Origin: Pseudomonadota bacterium
Lineage (GTDB): Bacteria > Myxococcota_A > UBA9042 > GCA-2863065
Assembly: GCA_002863065.1 (NCBI GenBank)
Contig: PKDL01000512.1
Coordinates: 1,190 to 65,189 of the forward strand
DNA length: 64,000 nucleotides
Direction: 5' to 3'
Shown here: positions 60,167 to 64,000 of the stretch, piece by piece
Layout of the letters: each line of letters opens with the position of its first letter
How positions within the stretch are numbered: the first letter of the stretch is position 1
Position numbers and translations under genes: made by a program
Notes under the pieces: model-generated
Databases searched by the model: none
What the model was told of the DNA's origin: nothing
What the model saw: only the letters and a program-made list of their open reading frames with translations

Positions 60167-60958
60167 TTAGAAGGCTGCTCGTGCCGCAACGCCTGTAAAC
60201 AGGACCCCGCGAAAGCCTCCCTCCAATCTGATGCGCCAACCAGGCGCTGGGTCCCAATACAATCCAACTTGAGCGGATAGTAATGGCCACACTGGAGATG
60301 GCAGGTCCTGTTTTTGACGAGTCACTCCTCGCCAATGCGGGCACTGGTCTACCGGCTGCTGACACGTAGGTAGGACGTCGGTGGCGTAGATAGTTCCAGT
60401 GAGGACCGCGACCCCTAAGCCCACGCCATACATGAGCCCAAACGTTTCTATGAATTTCACTTGCCAGAGGAATGTCGCGTCGAGAGCCACCATGTGCAGA
60501 TTAATTTCTGTAAAATTTGCGTCTTCTGGATTTTCCGCAGAACGCGAAAATGTAGATTCGCCGAGTCGAAAGTTCCCCGATGGCATAGAAAGATCGGTGT
60601 AATCAAGGCCAAAAATGACGCGCAAGCTGCCTGGACCGTCAATTCCTACTTCCACCCCGAGCGAGTAGCTATCCAAGCTCGTATGTTCCAGAAATACCGA
60701 TTCGAAAAATGCGTCCGGGACGGTCACATAGCGCGTTCGTAATCCAATGCTCACGCCTTCTTCGGGGTTTTCCTCTTCGTCGGGCGCATCAAGCAACAGG
60801 CGAACACCATCATTGTCTCGGTCGAGAATAACGCGAGTGCCCGGGTCGGGTGCCGTATTTTGCGCTAACACATAATTCGGTACCAGCAGACACACCACTA
60901 GCATGATGGAGGGCTTCTTCACCCGCCGAGCGTACTCATACTCAAGGTATCGGTGCAA
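60167..60958 (-). CDS. outer-membrane beta-barrel protein, hypothetical
   Basis: A signal peptide from the internal Met MLVVCLLVPNYVLAQN (~60904). Alternating strand pattern. C-terminal ...GVAARAAF aromatic terminus. Confidence 0.5.
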   Translation of the reverse strand: MHRYLEYEYARRVKKPSIMLVVCLLVPNYVLAQNTAPDPGTRVILDRDNDGVRLLLDAPDEEENPEEGVSIGLRTRYVTVPDAFFESVFLEHTSLDSYSLGVEVGIDGPGSLRVIFGLDYTDLSMPSGNFRLGESTFSRSAENPEDANFTEINLHMVALDATFLWQVKFIETFGLMYGVGLGVAVLTGTIYATDVLPTCQQPVDQCPHWRGVTRQKQDLPSPVWPLLSAQVGLYWDPAPGWRIRLEGGFRGVLFTGVAARAAF

Positions 60959-61095
60959 CTCACGGTGGTTCGGCCGTTAGCAATACGGACCTGCACTAAT
61001 ACTTCTCAACGTGTGTGCCGGTACGGGAATTCATGCCGATCAGGTTCTCATGCGGTTTGAATGATGCTTCACTGGTTCGGTAGAACATTGATTAG

Positions 61096-62253
61096 ATGCC
61101 GGTCGTAAAAACCAATCGGAAGATTGAAGGAAAGCACATGCACTCACACCGTAATTTCATACCTTCGGTCGCTGTCGCACTTGTTTGTATGCTCGGTAGC
61201 GGTAGTTCCTACGCGGATGGACCATTTACGAAGTCGCGTTTATTCGTCAATCAGTCGATGCGGCACGATGTTGGTCGTACTTTCGGGGTGGGAGTGAATT
61301 TCACGATCGCGCCGGTAAAGGCCGCGGCAAAAAAAGCAATACAGGATTACAAAAGCGCCTACCCAGCAGAGTCTGAAGCCGTACTGCAGGCAGCACAATA
61401 CGTACCGGCTTCGGAACTGGAGGCTCTGCGGGATGACCCTGAAGGCGTTCGTCAACGTCTAACCGCGGTTTCCACGCTATCCGATACAGAGCGGCAGCAG
61501 ATCGATGCGGCATTTGCGCAATATGGGACGAACGCAACGTATGTCGCAGACCTACTACTGATCATGCAGGAACCGGAGACGGCGATTACTTTTAGTCTTG
61601 AGCCGTTCGCGGAATTCCATCTCGGCGTAATGGACATTGTGTTGACAGTACCTCTCGCCGGTTTCGTAGAGGACTCGACCGAATTTGCGATGGGCAACAT
61701 TGGTGTAGACCTGAAGTTTGGCGAGTCCTGGGGAGAGTCCTTCGCATTTGGCGTGTCTGGTGGGCTGCAGGTATGGGCACCCACTGCCACGGAACGCGCG
61801 AATGCCCTTGGATTGGCTAATCTGCAATGGTCCCCGCGATACTTTCATGAGTACATGACAGTGGTGCCGTACGTAGTACTGGGCGGCGATCTGAAATTTG
61901 TGCAGCTCCAAGCGAGCGTCAGCTACAACCTCATGGAGCAGGTGAAAGGCAATCCGGACTTTGCTCGAGTGCATTTCCTGCAATGGGGGGCATCTTTCGC
62001 AATCACCGCGATACCGTATATTGTGGTGAGCACCGAGCTGTCTGGTTTGGTCAACATAGTAAACGCTGCTGCTTACGACAGCCTTGTCCTCACGACTGGA
62101 CTCCGCGCCGTCGTTAGTTTTATGGATCTGGGATTGGGGTTCCAAGTACCGCTTGTCCAGCAAGATGGATCCAGTTTCGCTTCTCTCAACTCAGTGAGTT
62201 TTGGTGCACCCTCCAGCTACAATGTGATTTTCAGTGCTACTTTCGGATTTTAG
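61096..62253 (+). CDS. outer-membrane beta-barrel protein, hypothetical
   Basis: Signal peptide from MHSHRNFIPSVAVALVCMLGSGSSYADG (ATG ~61138). C-terminal ...FSATFGF aromatic terminus. Beta-strand periodicity throughout. Confidence 0.55.
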   Translation: MPVVKTNRKIEGKHMHSHRNFIPSVAVALVCMLGSGSSYADGPFTKSRLFVNQSMRHDVGRTFGVGVNFTIAPVKAAAKKAIQDYKSAYPAESEAVLQAAQYVPASELEALRDDPEGVRQRLTAVSTLSDTERQQIDAAFAQYGTNATYVADLLLIMQEPETAITFSLEPFAEFHLGVMDIVLTVPLAGFVEDSTEFAMGNIGVDLKFGESWGESFAFGVSGGLQVWAPTATERANALGLANLQWSPRYFHEYMTVVPYVVLGGDLKFVQLQASVSYNLMEQVKGNPDFARVHFLQWGASFAITAIPYIVVSTELSGLVNIVNAAAYDSLVLTTGLRAVVSFMDLGLGFQVPLVQQDGSSFASLNSVSFGAPSSYNVIFSATFGF

Positions 62254-62843
62254 GCCGATATCAGCGGGAGAACGGATAGTAATCCACCGAGACGGCGGTA
62301 AACCAACACGGTCGGTCGTCTGCAATGAGGGAGTCTCTTTGCGACCTGCATAACCGAACCCCTCGCAGAAAGTGTTCCTATATCGCAACTATGAGTAGCT
62401 TTTTCGCAACGTACTGGCTGGTATCAAAATCACTGCCGCTGAAGTCTTCAGCTGGATGCCGTCACGGGCTATCGTAGCGATCAGGCGATGTGTATACACA
62501 CCTGATGAGGCGAATTGGTTAGCACTAGTAATGTCCTATCATATTGAGATTACTTGAACTGCATTGAATTGAAGTCTCGTGTTTAGGCACGGTGACTTCG
62601 TCAGGTGTATGACTTAGGCGTGAAATCCCATTGATCTAAAACATGCCTACGGTAGTTCTCTTCGAATTCAGCTAGAGCTCGACGGTATCTCCGTGGGTCA
62701 GCATAAAAAGTTCATCGAAAAGATTACGCTGAATATTTTTTGAACTTACCGCGCTGGACAAGCTGCTTGCACCAGGTCGTTCTTGTTCAAGTCGGTCCAC
62801 GCTGTCACCATGGGCGACTTGCTCAGAAGGCAGGGAGAGATTT

Positions 62844-63416
62844 ATGGGACGCAAGCCAATGACAGCGGAACAACGGGCGAAGATGCGCGGGAAAATCCTC
62901 GACGCGGCTCGTCAGCAGTTCTTAGAGACAGGTCTTGAGAGCCTGTCCATGCGCGGTATTGCGACCCGGGTCGGTGTGAGTTCGATGACCTTGTACCTGT
63001 ACTACGAGAGCCGTCAAGATATCGTTAGGCACTTAGTGTTCGAAGGGTTCAACATGTTGGACGCGGAACTGCAACGAGCGATCCTCCTCGGTAGTGTTCG
63101 TGACAAGATAGCCAAACTTGCCGACGCCTACATCCGCTTTGCGACGACGAACCCACGCTATTACACGGCGATGTTTCGGCATGTGTCAGCGCCTGAGGCA
63201 GAGAGCGTCGATATGGAGTTGGAGGAAGCGGTACAAGCAACGTCGCGAAGGCTGCAGCGGACTCTCGAAAATTCGGAGTACGCTACTCGCGATGCTGCAC
63301 AGCGCTCGTCTGCTATTTGGGCGCACTTGCATGGTTGGTCCACCCTGATCATTGGTAGGCAAGTTGACCCGGCTCAGTTCAACGCGGAAAAAGTCAGCGA
63401 TAGCTTCCTGAGATAG
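62844..63416 (+). CDS. TetR-family transcriptional regulator
   Basis: N-terminal HTH ILDAARQQFLETGLESLSMRGIATRVGVSSMTLYLYY. 190 aa. Confidence 0.85.
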   Translation: MGRKPMTAEQRAKMRGKILDAARQQFLETGLESLSMRGIATRVGVSSMTLYLYYESRQDIVRHLVFEGFNMLDAELQRAILLGSVRDKIAKLADAYIRFATTNPRYYTAMFRHVSAPEAESVDMELEEAVQATSRRLQRTLENSEYATRDAAQRSSAIWAHLHGWSTLIIGRQVDPAQFNAEKVSDSFLR

Positions 63417-63570
63417 TGCTTCTTTGTATTTACGAAAGCCTTTTGATCACGATACCTTCCGGTTTTTCACCGCGAGGAAACTTGAAGGCTGACCGGACCG
63501 AACCGTCATCCGCTTTCGCGTTTCTCAGAACCCATGGAACCTGCGGCGACTCAGGTAGGTAATTGTTGCT

Positions 63571-64000
63571 ATGAGTGCCCCCGACCTGGATTGTTTATTT
63601 GTCCACGCCCCCAAGGCGGACAACAACTACCTCCCTTTCGGCGACTTCTTCAACATAACGTACATGCCGATGGGCCTGCTCGCGATAGCCGACCAAGTCC
63701 GGAATCAGGGCTATACTACCGAAGTAGTGCACCTGGGCGTTGAATGGGTGAAAGACCCGGAGTTCAACGTGGTGTCAACATACGACGGCGCTAGGATACG
63801 GGCGATTGGTTTGTCGCTGTACTGGCACTACCAAAGCTATGACGTCATTGAGGTGGCGCGTGCTCTTCGGGCGGCTCATCCGGAGGCATACATCTTTCTC
63901 GGCGGTATCACGGCGGGGTACTTTGCTCGTCAGATTTTAGAGGACTTCTCTTGCATTGACGCGGTGATTACAGGTCACGCCGAAGGTTCATGTCCGCTAC
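63571..64000 (+). CDS. B12-binding-domain radical SAM protein, partial (continues beyond window end)
   Basis: ATG at 63571. The N-terminal cobalamin-binding Rossmann-like domain pattern LDCLFVHAPK...YMPMGLLAIADQVRNQGY...IGLSLYWHY is typical of class B radical SAM enzymes. The ORF-track entry 63534-63743 is in a different frame. Confidence 0.65.
   Translation, partial: MSAPDLDCLFVHAPKADNNYLPFGDFFNITYMPMGLLAIADQVRNQGYTTEVVHLGVEWVKDPEFNVVSTYDGARIRAIGLSLYWHYQSYDVIEVARALRAAHPEAYIFLGGITAGYFARQILEDFSCIDAVITGHAEGSCPL

Noticed and set aside
62672-62854. 60-aa minus-strand ORF inside the long non-coding tract
   Set aside because: It overlaps the tetR start, has no RBS and has low-complexity composition. 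It is probably a chance ORF in AT-richer DNA.

Overview
This is a gene-dense chromosomal segment (roughly 53-56% GC by eye). It most likely comes from a Myxococcota-type delta-proteobacterial predator or a related lineage. Three sequence features support that placement. Cys-rich DCPxGxxC repeats sit in a lipoprotein; a CDGLDNDCDG metal-binding-like motif is followed by seven GACC-type Cys repeats in another; and an S8 protease ends in a MYXO-CTERM-like Cys plus hydrophobic plus Arg tail. Four proteins carry periplasmic TPR regions, two of them behind cytoplasmic FHA or zinc-ribbon heads. The window is dominated by envelope and surface biology: TPR proteins, four outer-membrane beta-barrels ending in an aromatic residue, a 1104-aa VWA adhesin, and an FG-GAP/S8 protease. 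The largest coherent unit is a starch/maltodextrin utilisation locus at ~13.7-28.7 kb. It holds malK-malE-malF-malG with ATGA/TAGTG start-stop overlaps, a CBM20-like surface lipoprotein, a 638-aa outer-membrane barrel, a glucodextranase-C-like secreted protein, a GH13 alpha-amylase lipoprotein, and a lipoprotein built from two tandem ~250-aa domains. Housekeeping genes are enolase, tldD/tldE, selB (so the organism uses selenocysteine; selA, selD and selC were not found here), dapB-dapA, dapD, an aldehyde dehydrogenase and nagZ. Less ordinary items are listed here and detailed in the findings. A three-gene operon encodes a Cys-rich lipoprotein, a CXXCH lipoprotein with a cytochrome P460/c'-beta-like C-terminal pattern, and a small outer-membrane barrel. 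A double-FHA/TM/TPR gene overlaps the start of a giant VWA lipoprotein, with an ECF sigma factor transcribed divergently. An odd MobA-DppB-DppC-NagZ-VanW gene string carries ATGA couplings. Tandem direct repeats with ~22-bp phasing lie upstream of the protease gene, and TTAGAG/TTAGAC motifs lie upstream of the amylase gene. A membrane protein carries a GPDG collagen-like repeat encoded by a ~57-bp tandem DNA duplication. A 610-aa cytoplasmic protein has no recognisable function. A 590-bp AT-richer non-coding stretch precedes a TetR regulator and a B12-binding radical-SAM gene that runs off the window end. No rRNA, CRISPR, transposase or prophage signatures were seen. A by-eye scan for tRNA T-loop signatures was negative but is not exhaustive. 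The ORF track omits edge-truncated genes; a TPR gene at 1..1813 (minus strand) was recovered by manual translation.
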